DNA of 64,000 bases, taken from positions 160,001 through 224,000 of the forward strand of contig CBDCTZ010000009.1 in NCBI GenBank assembly GCA_965222375.1, written 5' to 3'. The notes beneath the pieces were generated by a model. It did no database searches. It was not told where the DNA came from and was given only the letters and a program-made list of their open reading frames with translations. Made by a program: the position numbers and the translations under genes. Shown piece by piece: positions 50,815-60,993 of the stretch. Origin of the DNA: Polyangiaceae bacterium. GTDB lineage: Bacteria > Myxococcota_A > Polyangia > Polyangiales > Polyangiaceae. How positions within the stretch are numbered: position 1 is the stretch's first letter; every line of letters begins with the position of its first letter.

Positions 50815-53130
50815 TCACTCGTAGAGAAAACCGTGGTCACTGAGTAGGTAGGTGATGACCGCCATCCACGCGCGCACCGTGTAGTCGGGGTCCTTCTCGA
50901 GCTTCTGCTCGTCAGGCAGATCCGCATCGGTGTACGGGTCCTTCCGAGCACGGCAACGGTAGTTGATGCTCTCGGTCAGCGTGTCCGAAGCGATCTTCGC
51001 TTGGCCCTCCTTGAGGGTCTCGTTGAACAGGTTGTAGGTCGCTGAGATTTCCGGGTCGCTCAGCTGCAGAGTCTCCCCAGTGATGTGAGCGTGCAGGTAC
51101 TGGATGTTCTTCTTGATCGCGTCGGCGTTGGTGTCCGGTGTGTCCTCCACATTGACGTAGGGGAACAAGAAGCGGTCCGCGGGCTTGTCTATCGACAGGT
51201 CCCAGGCCGTGGTCTGACAAGACACCTCGTTGGCCATGCGCCAGGCCACGTTGGCCATGACGCCGTTGGGCGCCGTCAGGCGAACGGTGACGTCGTCGGA
51301 GTCGATGCCGCCGTACAACACTCGGTAGTCCGAGTTCAGGTAGTCGGTCTTGTAGTAGCCGCTACCCTTGCCCCAGGGCAGCCCGGTGACCGCTCGGATC
51401 TTCCTGCTCAGGGATTCCGGAGTCGAAAGCCGGCCCGTGCCGATGATCGACAGCTCCACCGCTCGCGCTGCGCTCGGCTCGCCGACCGTGTTCTTGGCCC
51501 GGAAGTAGGGCGAGAGGATGACGCCCTTGATGACCGTCTTCAGGTTGAAGTTGCTGTCGACGAAGGCGTCGCCAATCTTGCGGAAGAGCGCATCTTGCGC
51601 CTCCCATGCGATGAGCTTTGCGTCAAAGTCCGGATCTTCGCTGGTCGGGTAGATGAGAGGCTCCTGCCCCGTCATCGTGGTGTAGACGGTGTAGACCATC
51701 GACAAGGAGAACCGCGGATCTTGTACGATCCGCTGGGCCAGCCACTGCAGGGACTGGCTGTACTCCGTTGTCGGCATGGTCTCTTTGCCAAAGCCGGGCG
51801 GGAACATTTCCTGGTGCCAGGAGTTGTCGGGCTCGTACTTCTCCTGGTCGTTGTCGTCGAACTTCTGGAACGCGCCTGCGATGGGGTCCATCATCCGGTG
51901 GCAGACGTTGCAGCCCGGATCTTCCCGCGGGGGGTTGTTGTAGGCCGTGGCGGCCAGCGGATCGATGGGGCGCTCGGCGATGCGCAAGATGTCCGTTGCG
52001 AGGAAGAACTTCAGCACCTTGCGGGCGCGGTGACGATTGACGTTGGTGGGCGTAGTGGGAAAGCGATTGAGCCATATGGGGCTCGAAAGTACGCCGGCGT
52101 GGGGAAGCTCTTGGGGTGAGCCGTCCACGATGGGGCGGATCTTGCCGGGCTTCCACTCGCCCGGGTCGTTCGGATCATCGAACTTGATGTTGGCGTTGAA
52201 GATCCGAGCGCTGTCCGGATTCATCAGCGTGTAGTCCGCCGTCAGCACCTCCGTGAAGGGACGATCGTTCTTCACGATGTAGGCGATGAGCTCCAAGGGC
52301 TCCCGACCAACGGCTTTGTTGATGGGCGACTTTTGAGTGGAATCCAGGTTCTCGAACCAGACGTCCCCGGACTGGGGGTACTGATCGTCATTCAGCAAGC
52401 TGACCGCGTAGCTGCTGTAACCGAGGTAGCGATCCGTCAGCAGGACGTCGTTGAAGGTCTCTTTGATCCACTCGAAGAAGGCGTCCTCCTTCATCAGCTC
52501 GTCCAGCAAAGGCTGCAAGGAGGCTTCGCCTTCGGTGATGATGCGATCGATTTCCACCGCGTTGGGCAGCCGACCGGCGAGCTGCAAGGTCGAGCGCCGG
52601 AACGTGGTGAGGGTGTCGTGAAGTACGACGTCGTCGAAGCCTTTGACCGTGCTGCCGCCTTCGCAGAAGTCGTCGGACTTCACCAGTGAGATGAACTCCT
52701 TCAAACTGGCGTACTCGGGGCTGCTCGGGTCGATGGCCTTGCCGCCGCCATGCTCGAGCTCTCCGACGGGCTTGCGCACGAGAACGCTCTTGCCGTCGAA
52801 TTCGGTCTTGGCGAATTGCTTGGCCGCCGCCAAGTTCGCGTCGATGAAGCCGGGATAGGAGGGGGGCAGAAGCGTGAACTCTGCACCCTCTTCATCCGCC
52901 TGTCCGCCCGGCGCATGGCACTTCTGACACGTGTTGCCAAACACGCCTGCTTGCACCTTCTTGGCGAAGTAGTCGCGCTCGCTGAGACACTGACCGGTCG
53001 TGCCGGTCGTTCCGCTCTTTTCGTCGCTTTCGCTCGAACAACCCGCACCAACTGCAGCGCTGGCTAGTACTGCACAAAGCAGCCCGGGTACCGTGTTCCA
53101 CTTTCGCATCCTGCGCGCGTCTCGTGACAT
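50815..53130 (-). CDS. Large lipoprotein with CxxCH motifs (DUF1588/DUF1592-like), partner of the DUF1501 gene
   Basis: GAGC lipobox, CQKCH, CNVCHRMMDP, HAGVLS. Confidence 0.8.
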   Translation of the reverse strand: MSRDARRMRKWNTVPGLLCAVLASAAVGAGCSSESDEKSGTTGTTGQCLSERDYFAKKVQAGVFGNTCQKCHAPGGQADEEGAEFTLLPPSYPGFIDANLAAAKQFAKTEFDGKSVLVRKPVGELEHGGGKAIDPSSPEYASLKEFISLVKSDDFCEGGSTVKGFDDVVLHDTLTTFRRSTLQLAGRLPNAVEIDRIITEGEASLQPLLDELMKEDAFFEWIKETFNDVLLTDRYLGYSSYAVSLLNDDQYPQSGDVWFENLDSTQKSPINKAVGREPLELIAYIVKNDRPFTEVLTADYTLMNPDSARIFNANIKFDDPNDPGEWKPGKIRPIVDGSPQELPHAGVLSSPIWLNRFPTTPTNVNRHRARKVLKFFLATDILRIAERPIDPLAATAYNNPPREDPGCNVCHRMMDPIAGAFQKFDDNDQEKYEPDNSWHQEMFPPGFGKETMPTTEYSQSLQWLAQRIVQDPRFSLSMVYTVYTTMTGQEPLIYPTSEDPDFDAKLIAWEAQDALFRKIGDAFVDSNFNLKTVIKGVILSPYFRAKNTVGEPSAARAVELSIIGTGRLSTPESLSRKIRAVTGLPWGKGSGYYKTDYLNSDYRVLYGGIDSDDVTVRLTAPNGVMANVAWRMANEVSCQTTAWDLSIDKPADRFLFPYVNVEDTPDTNADAIKKNIQYLHAHITGETLQLSDPEISATYNLFNETLKEGQAKIASDTLTESINYRCRARKDPYTDADLPDEQKLEKDPDYTVRAWMAVITYLLSDHGFLYE

Positions 53131-53328
53131 TCGCCCGCTCCTTGCGCTCAGCGGGATGACAGGTGGCCGCCGAGCCCTTAAGAAGATACGATTCGCCTAT
53201 GACTTCCGTCAATTGGGACTCAGATCGTCACATGCGACGTGTCGTGTCACGGAGTGTCGCACCGACACGAGAACACAATGTAGGTCTTGCCAGGTCCTGC
53301 AGGTTGTCGCCCTGAGATTGTTGCGGAC

Positions 53329-53697
53329 TCAGTCGATGAGGACAGGGTCGCCGGGCATCAGTCCCAAGCTGCGCCACGCACTTTCCAAGCGACTCTTGTC
53401 GAGCGCGGACAGTCGGTCCGGATCTTGTCCAAGCTCATGACGCGTGCGGCCGAGCCAACGACTCGCCAGCTTTGCGTTGCCAAGCGCCAGGTGCGTGAGT
53501 CCGCGGTACAGGCAGTAGCGAGTGCGCGCGTCGGGCTCGAAGTGCTGCGCGTCCGCCTCCATGCGCTCGAGGGCCTCGAGGGACTCCGGGTAGTTCGTGC
53601 TCTCGAAATGGTCGATGGAGCGACCCATGGATCCGCCGCACGCCGTGGTCAGCAGCAGCGCCGCCAACAGGAAAGTCCAATGCCCTTTGCTCTGCAT
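53329..53697 (-). CDS. Small hypothetical lipoprotein (TPR-like)
   Basis: LTTAC lipobox; YCLYRGLTHLALG. Confidence 0.7.
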   Translation of the reverse strand: MQSKGHWTFLLAALLLTTACGGSMGRSIDHFESTNYPESLEALERMEADAQHFEPDARTRYCLYRGLTHLALGNAKLASRWLGRTRHELGQDPDRLSALDKSRLESAWRSLGLMPGDPVLID

Positions 53698-53779
53698 GAT
53701 GAGCGCTGTTTCGGGCGCTGGCCGGGCCAGTTGCGTGTTTTTTTCCGTGGGGAGGCTGGCCTCGGACTATACGGCGGAC

Positions 53780-54334
53780 ATGGTCGATAGCGCGCCCGCG
53801 GGCTTGGCCCACAACCTGAAACACCTGCGAGAGTTGCGCGGGCTCAGCCAGCAGGGTCTTGCTGACGTATCCGGCGTGCCCCGGCCGACCGTGGCGCACC
53901 TCGAGAGCGGCACCGCGAACCCGACCCTGAGCGTGTTGCTCAAGGTGGCGGCAGCGTTGCAAGTCGGGCTCGGTGAGATCGTCGGCGAAGCGAAAGACAG
54001 CGTGCGCCACTACCCGGCGCGTGCGCTGCGACGCCGGACCCGGGGCAAGGCGCGGATCTGCGACGTGCTTCCCGACGCGCCGAGCGGGCTTTCCCTGGAG
54101 CGGCTGGAGCTGCCCGCGGGCGGCCAGGTCGCGAGCCGTAGCGGTGGGCCCGGCACGCGGCGCTACGTGACCTGTGAGAGTGGTGAAGTCGAGCTGGCCG
54201 TGGGCGATGGCGTGTGGCGACTCAAGGTCGGTGAAGTGCTGCGCTTCGACGGCTGTCAGGGCGCTAGCTACGTGAATCGTACGCGGCGCAAGGCGGTGTG
54301 CTACAGCGTCACCGCGCCAGCCGCCTTGGGCTGA
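53780..54334 (+). CDS. XRE HTH plus cupin transcriptional regulator
   Basis: LRELRGLSQQGLA...ANPTL; C-terminal cupin-like strands. Confidence 0.88.
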   Translation: MVDSAPAGLAHNLKHLRELRGLSQQGLADVSGVPRPTVAHLESGTANPTLSVLLKVAAALQVGLGEIVGEAKDSVRHYPARALRRRTRGKARICDVLPDAPSGLSLERLELPAGGQVASRSGGPGTRRYVTCESGEVELAVGDGVWRLKVGEVLRFDGCQGASYVNRTRRKAVCYSVTAPAALG

Positions 54335-54346
54335 GCTTTCTTATCC

Positions 54347-56170
54347 ATGAGCCAAAAAAATCTCAGAAACGTGGCCATCATTGCCCACGTCGATCACGGC
54401 AAGACCACCCTCGTCGACGCCATGCTGCGCCAGACCGGCGCCCTCAAGAACGTCGAGGTCCAGACGGACCGGGTGCTCGATTCCGGGGATCTGGAACGCG
54501 AACGCGGGATCACGATTTTCGCCAAGCACGCCAGCGTCGTCTACGACTCCACGGTCATCAACATCATCGACACTCCTGGCCACGCCGACTTTGGCGCCGA
54601 GGTCGAGCGCACCCTGAAGATGGCCGACGGGGCACTGCTCTTGGTCGACGCCGCTGAAGGCCCCTTGCCGCAGACTCGATTCGTGCTCAAGAAAGCCATC
54701 GAGCTCGGCCTGAGGGTCGTGGTGGTGATCAACAAGATCGACCGGGGAGACGCCCGCGCCGAAGAGGTCTTGGACGAGGTCTTCGCCCTGTTCTGCGACT
54801 TGGACGCGACCGATGAGCAGGCAGCGTTCCCGGTGTTGTATGCCATCGGCAAGCACGGCATCGCGCGCAAGGCACTGTCCGACACGGGCGAAGATCTGGT
54901 GCCGCTGTTTCGCACCCTCATCGACGAAGTGCCCGAGCCCCGACTGCTGCCCGGCGACGAATTGTGCCTGTTGGTGCACAACGTGGAGCACGACGACTAC
55001 GTTGGGCGCCTGGCCATCGCTCGGGTGTGGTCCGGTGCTCTGAAGGTCGGCAGCGAAGTCGAGTTGATCGGAGAGAGCAAACGCCAGCGCGCGCGGCTGT
55101 CGAGCGTCTTCAAGTGGGAGGGCACGCGCCGAGTCAAGGTGGATGAAGCCTCGGCAGGGGACATCATCGCCATCGCGGGCATGGAGGGCGTGCAGATCGG
55201 AGACACGGTTGCGGCGCCGGGGCGATCCGAAGCCCTGCCGAGGATCTCGGTGGAAGAGCCGACCCTGAAGATCAGTTTTGGCGTCAACACCTCGCCCATG
55301 GCCGGCAAGAGCGGGCGCTGGGTGACGAGCCGTCACCTGCGCGAGCGTTTGGAGCGAGAAGCCAAAAAAAACTTGTCGCTGCGCGTCGAGGCCACGGACG
55401 AGCCGGACAACTTCGTCGTCTACGGCCGCGGCGAGCTGATGTTGGCCGTGCTGGCCGAAACCATGCGCCGAGAGGGCTACGAGCTCGCCCTCGGCATGCC
55501 CGAGGTCGTGGTCCGCGTGATAGATGGCGCGCGCATGGAGCCCGTGGAGCGGGTCGTGGTCGACGTGCCCGAGGAGCACATCGGCGTGGTCACCAAGCGC
55601 CTTGGCGAACGCCGCGGGCAGATGTTGAAGATGCAACCCGTGGGAGCCGAGCGCGTCCGCCTCGAGTTTCGGGTGCCCTCGCGCGGTCTGATCGGATTTC
55701 GATCCGACTTGCTGACGGAAACCCGGGGCACGGCACTGCTCAATACCTTCTTGGACGGCTGGGAGCCCTACGCCGGACCCATGCTGCGCCGAAAAACCGG
55801 CGCCATGGTCGCCGATCGCCCTGGCACCACTACGCCCTACGCTTTGTTCAACCTGCAGCCCCGGGGAGTTCTCTTCGTCGGTCCGAACACCGGCGTCTAC
55901 GAGGGCATGATCGTGGGCGAGCACAATCGCGCCAATGACCTGGACGTGAACGTGACCAAGGAAAAGAAGCTGACCAATATCCGCGCAGCCGGTCGCGACG
56001 AAAATGTGGCCCTGACGCCGCCCCGCAATCTGTCCATCGATACCGCGCTGGAGTTCATCGATCGCGACGAACTGGTCGAAGTCACTCCCGACGCCGTACG
56101 CGTTCGTAAGCGCGTCCTGGGTCAAGCCCGCCGCCCACGTCGAGACAGCGAACTGCCTCCCGCGCCCTGA
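54347..56170 (+). CDS. typA: Translational GTPase TypA/BipA
   Basis: AHVDHGKTTLVD, ERERGITI, GRGEL, KKLTNIRA. Confidence 0.97.
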   Translation: MSQKNLRNVAIIAHVDHGKTTLVDAMLRQTGALKNVEVQTDRVLDSGDLERERGITIFAKHASVVYDSTVINIIDTPGHADFGAEVERTLKMADGALLLVDAAEGPLPQTRFVLKKAIELGLRVVVVINKIDRGDARAEEVLDEVFALFCDLDATDEQAAFPVLYAIGKHGIARKALSDTGEDLVPLFRTLIDEVPEPRLLPGDELCLLVHNVEHDDYVGRLAIARVWSGALKVGSEVELIGESKRQRARLSSVFKWEGTRRVKVDEASAGDIIAIAGMEGVQIGDTVAAPGRSEALPRISVEEPTLKISFGVNTSPMAGKSGRWVTSRHLRERLEREAKKNLSLRVEATDEPDNFVVYGRGELMLAVLAETMRREGYELALGMPEVVVRVIDGARMEPVERVVVDVPEEHIGVVTKRLGERRGQMLKMQPVGAERVRLEFRVPSRGLIGFRSDLLTETRGTALLNTFLDGWEPYAGPMLRRKTGAMVADRPGTTTPYALFNLQPRGVLFVGPNTGVYEGMIVGEHNRANDLDVNVTKEKKLTNIRAAGRDENVALTPPRNLSIDTALEFIDRDELVEVTPDAVRVRKRVLGQARRPRRDSELPPAP

Positions 56171-56178
56171 CGTCGGAT

Positions 56179-56629
56179 CTATTCCAACTTGCCCGCTCGA
56201 ATCGCTTCTAGGGCCTCCGCATCAGCGAGATCCTCCGTTCGACCCGAGGCGCGCTTGTTCGCGATTTGCGCCGCTATGCCGATGAACCGCACGCTTTCGC
56301 CGCCGAAGCGGCCCACCGTTGCGTCTGAGATCGCTTCTTCAAAGCTCAGCCCATCGATAGACGTCATGATGTCGATCCTCAAAGGCGGCAATCCGATCTG
56401 ATAGACACATCCCGCCTTCTCGAAGTCACGCGGCGAGACTCCGTGTGCCTGAACTGGGGCACCAAAGTCGACCAAGGCTCGGTACACGCGCGCGGAGTTC
56501 TCTGGCTCGGGCTTGACGAGGATGTCAATGTCCTGAGTTGCACGAGGGTGCCCGTTGGCCGCCAATGCGTAGGCACCAACGATGATGAACTCGCAGCCCG
56601 CAGCCCGCAGCACTCAACGCGCGGATCAT
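56179..56629 (-). pseudogene. Nucleotidyltransferase-like gene frameshifted by a 7-bp duplication
   Basis: IVGAYALAANGHPRATQDIDI motif. ATG 56629 is out of frame (451 nt) unless one CGCAGCC unit at 56592-56605 is removed. Confidence 0.75.
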
Positions 56630-56877
56630 GTCCGTGTAGTCTTCAGGAGGTTGGCTCTCGGCTTGCGAATGATGCGCCCCGGAATGTCCTCACGACCATA
56701 GCGGGGCATTGGGTTGCCGGTGATGGCCCACATCTCCTGGGATAGTCGCAGCGCGACGCCTATGCGTTCGGCAACGGAAAGCCCACTGTAGCTGTTCGCC
56801 CCGGGTTCCTCCCCCAGGCGGTAGCGCCGAATCGTCCAGTTCGCTCGAGCTCTTCGGCGCTCCATCGCGTCGGTCAT
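56626..56877 (-). CDS. Small hypothetical protein coupled to the nucleotidyltransferase gene
   Basis: ATGA overlap with the downstream gene; LSVAERIGVALRLSQEMW. Confidence 0.6.
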   Translation of the reverse strand: MTDAMERRRARANWTIRRYRLGEEPGANSYSGLSVAERIGVALRLSQEMWAITGNPMPRYGREDIPGRIIRKPRANLLKTTRT

Positions 56878-57114
56878 GCTCGATTCTACCACGCGAACGA
56901 CTTCCTCGCTGAACGCACGCGGGACCAACGCGGAGTCGGCCGCCCCAGCGGGGCGTGCAAGGCGTGCGGGAAGCGCGAGATCGGGCCGCGCGCCGTACTA
57001 GGGAGCAAGAGATCCGAACAGACCACAAATAACCTCTGGCTTCCCAACCTTTCCGCCTTCCTGCTTACCGCTGCATCGAAGTTGCGCGAGGGCGCGGGTA
57101 GACAGGTTGGTCGC

Positions 57115-58875
57115 CTAGTTCCTCAGGGCGTCGTCGGTCGCGGTCCAGGTTGGAGCCGTAGTGGCGTCGCTGAGCTCAGGGTTTTCTTTTGTGTGGGTGG
57201 GGTCGGGGGCACTTTGTAGCTCCTTGCTGACGGCGCCGGAGGCTTGGAGCATGCACAAGATCCGATCGAGCAACGGCCGCGTGGAGTCCCGGGTCAGGGC
57301 ACAGAGGGCGACGTCGTCCATGCGCGCCTGCAAGGTGGTTTGCTGCTCCTGATCCAGAAGGTCGGTCTTGTTCCACACGACCAAGCGCGGAATGTCGTCC
57401 AAGCCCAGCTCTTTGAGCAGCTTGCGCGTGGTCTTTTCGTGTTCGTCGTGTTCCGGATCCGAAGCGTCCAAGATTTCCAACAGCAGGTCGGCGTCGCGGG
57501 CCTCTTCGAAGGTCGCGCGGAAAGCTGCGAACAGGTCTCGGGGCATTTCCCGAATGAAGCCTACGGTGTCGCTGAGCACGGCGTAGACGCCATCGGCCAG
57601 GCGAAGCTGCCGCGCGCGGGTGTCCAGGGTGGCGAATAGGCGGTTTTCGGCGAGCACGCCGGCATTGGTCAGGGTGTTGAGCAGGGTGCTCTTGCCGGCG
57701 TTGGTGTAGCCGACGATGGCGACCACGGGCGCTTCGGAGCGCTCGCGACGCCGCCGGCGCTGGGCGCGCTGCTTGGCCAGGTGCGTCATTTCCTTTTCCA
57801 AGCGCGTCAATCGCTCTCGAGCGCGGCGGCGTCCGATCTCCAGCGTCGTTTCACCGGGTCCGCGCCCCCCGATGCCGCCCGTCAGCCGGCTGAGGGCGTC
57901 GTCTTTCTGAGAAAGCCGAGGCAGGGAGTACTTGAGCTGGGCGAGCTCGACCTGCACCTTGCCATCTCGGGTCTCCGCGCGTTGGGCAAAGATGTCCAAG
58001 ATGATCTGCGTGCGGTCGAGAACTTTGAGATCTGTCTGCTGTGCGATGCCGCTGGCTTGGGCGGGGGACAGTTCCAAATCGAAGATCAGCGTCTCGGCGT
58101 CCAGCTCGATGGCGCGCATGACCACTTCTTCGAGCTTGCCTTTGCCCAGGACGAACTTGGGATCGATCCGGTCTCGTAGCTGCACCACTTGATGCACGAT
58201 TTCGACGCCCGCGGTTTCCGCCAGGCTCAGCAGTTCCCGCAGTCGTGCTCGAGCGCGCCGCTGTCCGCCACGACGGCGCTTTTCGCCAACGTGGACCAAG
58301 ATCGCCCGGCCATCCTTGGCTCGGACCTCGCGGGTGCGCGCTTGCTCGGCAAACTCTCGCTCCAGGGCCGTGATGAGCTCGCCGAAGTGCGGTCCGGGCT
58401 TGCCCCAGGGCACAGGCCCAGTGACTTCGAAGGGATCGCCTTGTCCGGCGCGGGTTGGGACGTTGTAGGCCCAGGTCCAGGACTTGGGATCGCCCTCGGG
58501 GGACAGCAGGATCGCCGCGACGAGATCCAGACGCAGTCGGGTGAGATCGACCAGATCGTCGCGGGTTAGCCCTTCGTTGAAGAGGTGGGTGTGCACCAGG
58601 CGCAGGGCGCGAAAACGACCCGCGGCGGCGCGCAAGCGACCGATGTCCGGCAACATCAAACCCGTGGGGCTGCCCACGATCACGCTGTCCACGTCTCCGG
58701 AGCGATGCACCAGTGCGCCGACCTGCCGGCCTGACTGGCGCGAGGCGTCCGACAGCGAGCGGGCTAGCTCGAGGGTCAGGATGCGATCGAGGGGGACTCG
58801 GCGGCGATAGATGCGCTCGAGGGCCTTGAGGGCGCTGGGCGCGAGGCCTGCTGTGTTGCCGTGGATCTTGGGCAT
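57115..58875 (-). CDS. hflX: GTPase HflX (long N-terminal form)
   Basis: ILDIFAQRA, GGRGPGE, GYTNAGKST, LFATLD, DTVGFI. Confidence 0.96.
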   Translation of the reverse strand: MPKIHGNTAGLAPSALKALERIYRRRVPLDRILTLELARSLSDASRQSGRQVGALVHRSGDVDSVIVGSPTGLMLPDIGRLRAAAGRFRALRLVHTHLFNEGLTRDDLVDLTRLRLDLVAAILLSPEGDPKSWTWAYNVPTRAGQGDPFEVTGPVPWGKPGPHFGELITALEREFAEQARTREVRAKDGRAILVHVGEKRRRGGQRRARARLRELLSLAETAGVEIVHQVVQLRDRIDPKFVLGKGKLEEVVMRAIELDAETLIFDLELSPAQASGIAQQTDLKVLDRTQIILDIFAQRAETRDGKVQVELAQLKYSLPRLSQKDDALSRLTGGIGGRGPGETTLEIGRRRARERLTRLEKEMTHLAKQRAQRRRRRERSEAPVVAIVGYTNAGKSTLLNTLTNAGVLAENRLFATLDTRARQLRLADGVYAVLSDTVGFIREMPRDLFAAFRATFEEARDADLLLEILDASDPEHDEHEKTTRKLLKELGLDDIPRLVVWNKTDLLDQEQQTTLQARMDDVALCALTRDSTRPLLDRILCMLQASGAVSKELQSAPDPTHTKENPELSDATTAPTWTATDDALRN

Positions 58876-58999
58876 ACGTGGCTGGGCTGATCCCAGGGCT
58901 GCCAAGCCTAGCAGTCTTGGGTCGAAGCACACCTGTACAATCCGCGCGGGGTGCAGGTTTGGTGGATTTCTCGGGATGGGCTAACCAAGGCGTCTGTTC

Positions 59000-59947
59000 A
59001 TGGCGCTGCTGACCCCAATGAGTGAAGAGGAAGGCAGGCGGCTGCTTGCGCCCTTGGGCATCACGCAGCCCAGCCTGCAACCCCTCGAGGCCGGCAGCGT
59101 GAATTCGAATTTTGCCGTCGACGTGGGGGGCAAGCGCAAGTTCTTCCTTCGTGTGTACGAAGAGCAGGGCGCGGCAGGTGCCCGGACGGAGCTTCGCATA
59201 CTCGAGCAGCTGGCCGCCGCCGGTGTACCCGTCGCGCCCGCCTTCGCCGTCGACGGAGCGGCCTGGCTGGGTAGCCACCGGGCCAAACCCGTGGCGCTCT
59301 TCCCCTGGGTGGCCGGCGAGATCGCCTGTCAGCGCATGGTGGATGCGGCTCGCTGCCAGCAGGTTGGGCGCGCCCTGGCGACGATCCACCGCGCAGGAGT
59401 AACCGACGTTCCGGCTGGGAGGTTCGGTCCGGACGACATTCGCGCGCGGCTGTCACGGGTGGAGGCCGAGTCCGCAACCCTGGCACCCGTCGCGCGTGAG
59501 ACTCGCAGGCGCCTCGACTCACTGTGCCATCGTCGCGATGACGGCTTGCCCGCGGGACTGATCCACGGCGACCTATTCCGCGACAACGTGTTGTGGAATG
59601 GAGACCGCATCAACGCGCTCTTGGATTTCGAGAGCGCGAGCCATGGTTCTTTCGTGTACGACTTGGCGGTATGCGTGCACGCCTGGTGTTTCGGACAGCA
59701 ATTCGATCCAAAGTTGGTTCACGCGCTTGGCGCTGGCTATGCGGCCGTGCGGCGCTTGTCACCTCGAGAGCTCGACGCATTCTCCGGCGAAGCGGCCATC
59801 GCGGCGCTGCGCTTCGTGGCCACGCGGATGACCGACTACTCGCTGCGCGCCGCGCCGGGGCAGCCCCCCCTGCGGGACTACAATCGCTTTCTCGAGCGTT
59901 ATTCCGTGGCGGCGTCGGGCCAGCTCGCGCAGATGCTCGGGGATTAG
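59000..59947 (+). CDS. thrB: Homoserine kinase type II (APH-like)
   Basis: GSVNSNF, GLIHGDLFRDNVL, LRFVATR. Confidence 0.85.
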   Translation: MALLTPMSEEEGRRLLAPLGITQPSLQPLEAGSVNSNFAVDVGGKRKFFLRVYEEQGAAGARTELRILEQLAAAGVPVAPAFAVDGAAWLGSHRAKPVALFPWVAGEIACQRMVDAARCQQVGRALATIHRAGVTDVPAGRFGPDDIRARLSRVEAESATLAPVARETRRRLDSLCHRRDDGLPAGLIHGDLFRDNVLWNGDRINALLDFESASHGSFVYDLAVCVHAWCFGQQFDPKLVHALGAGYAAVRRLSPRELDAFSGEAAIAALRFVATRMTDYSLRAAPGQPPLRDYNRFLERYSVAASGQLAQMLGD

Positions 59948-60034
59948 GCGGGAGTTTTGGGCTCTCGCGTTGCGCGGATCCGGACGCAGACTTAGGTTGA
60001 AGGGGAAGCTTTTCACGGAAGGTTGTAAGCACGC

Positions 60035-60931
60035 GTGGCAAGAGTAGCTGAGTTGGATTTTGACGCCTTTGTTGCAGAGCGTCGGGCAAGGCGGCCGGGG
60101 GCACAGAGCGAAGGCGAGGACCACGCCTATGCATACTCGTGGGATAAGACGACCCGAGCCGCGTTCGAGAAGGTCAAGCCCGTGGAACTCGCCGTCGCCG
60201 CCGGCGTGCGCATGTTCAAACACATTGGCAAGGCGCAGTTGTTGGGCCAGGCGGTCAAGGTCGGTCCTCGGCAGTTTCCTCGCGTGCACGCGCTAGCCGA
60301 GAGTTGCGCGGACACCTTGGGCATTCCCACCCCCACGCTCTACGTCGTGAACAATCCGCACCTCAATGCGGCCACCTACGGTACCAACGAGGACTCGTTC
60401 ATCATGGTGCATTCGGCCCTCGTCGACCATCTGACCGACGACGAGTTGCTGAGCGTGATCGGTCACGAGTGCGGGCACATTCACAACAGCCACGTCGTGT
60501 ACCTGACCGCCATGCACTATCTGTCCCACATGGCTGGCTTGGTGGTGCGCTCCATCGGCTTGCCGGCGCTGTTGGCGCTGCGCGCTTGGTCGCGGCGCGC
60601 GGAGGTCACTTGCGACCGGGCAGCGGCGCTGTGCACCAAAGACTTGGACGTTGCGCTGCGGGCGCTGACCAAGTTGGCGCTCGGTTCTCAAAAGCTCTAC
60701 GAGCAGCTGGATGTCGACGCTTTCTTGGAGCAACACGAAGAGGCCAAGGAGTCCGTGGGGCGCTTCAGCGAGGTCCTGGCCACGCATCCCTGGCTGCCCA
60801 AACGGGTCTTGGCCTTGAAGACCTTCGGCGAAAGCGAGCTATTCCAAGTGCACGTTGGCGCTCAAGAGGGTGGGCTCAGCATGGAAGAGGTGGACGCCCG
60901 GGTCCACGAAGTGGTCAAAGTCGTCGGCTGA
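60035..60931 (+). CDS. M48-family metallopeptidase
   Basis: GHECGH, SRRAEVTCDR, THP. Confidence 0.9.
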   Translation: MARVAELDFDAFVAERRARRPGAQSEGEDHAYAYSWDKTTRAAFEKVKPVELAVAAGVRMFKHIGKAQLLGQAVKVGPRQFPRVHALAESCADTLGIPTPTLYVVNNPHLNAATYGTNEDSFIMVHSALVDHLTDDELLSVIGHECGHIHNSHVVYLTAMHYLSHMAGLVVRSIGLPALLALRAWSRRAEVTCDRAAALCTKDLDVALRALTKLALGSQKLYEQLDVDAFLEQHEEAKESVGRFSEVLATHPWLPKRVLALKTFGESELFQVHVGAQEGGLSMEEVDARVHEVVKVVG

Positions 60932-60993
60932 GCGGACGACCCAACTGTCGGTCCGAGCTTCGTGACGCACACCGTCCTAGGAGAGGTGAGGCG

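Noticed and set aside
60304..60993. N-terminal extension of the 816-aa dynamin ORF
   Set aside because: Overlaps the M48 peptidase in another frame; the RBS supports ATG 60994.
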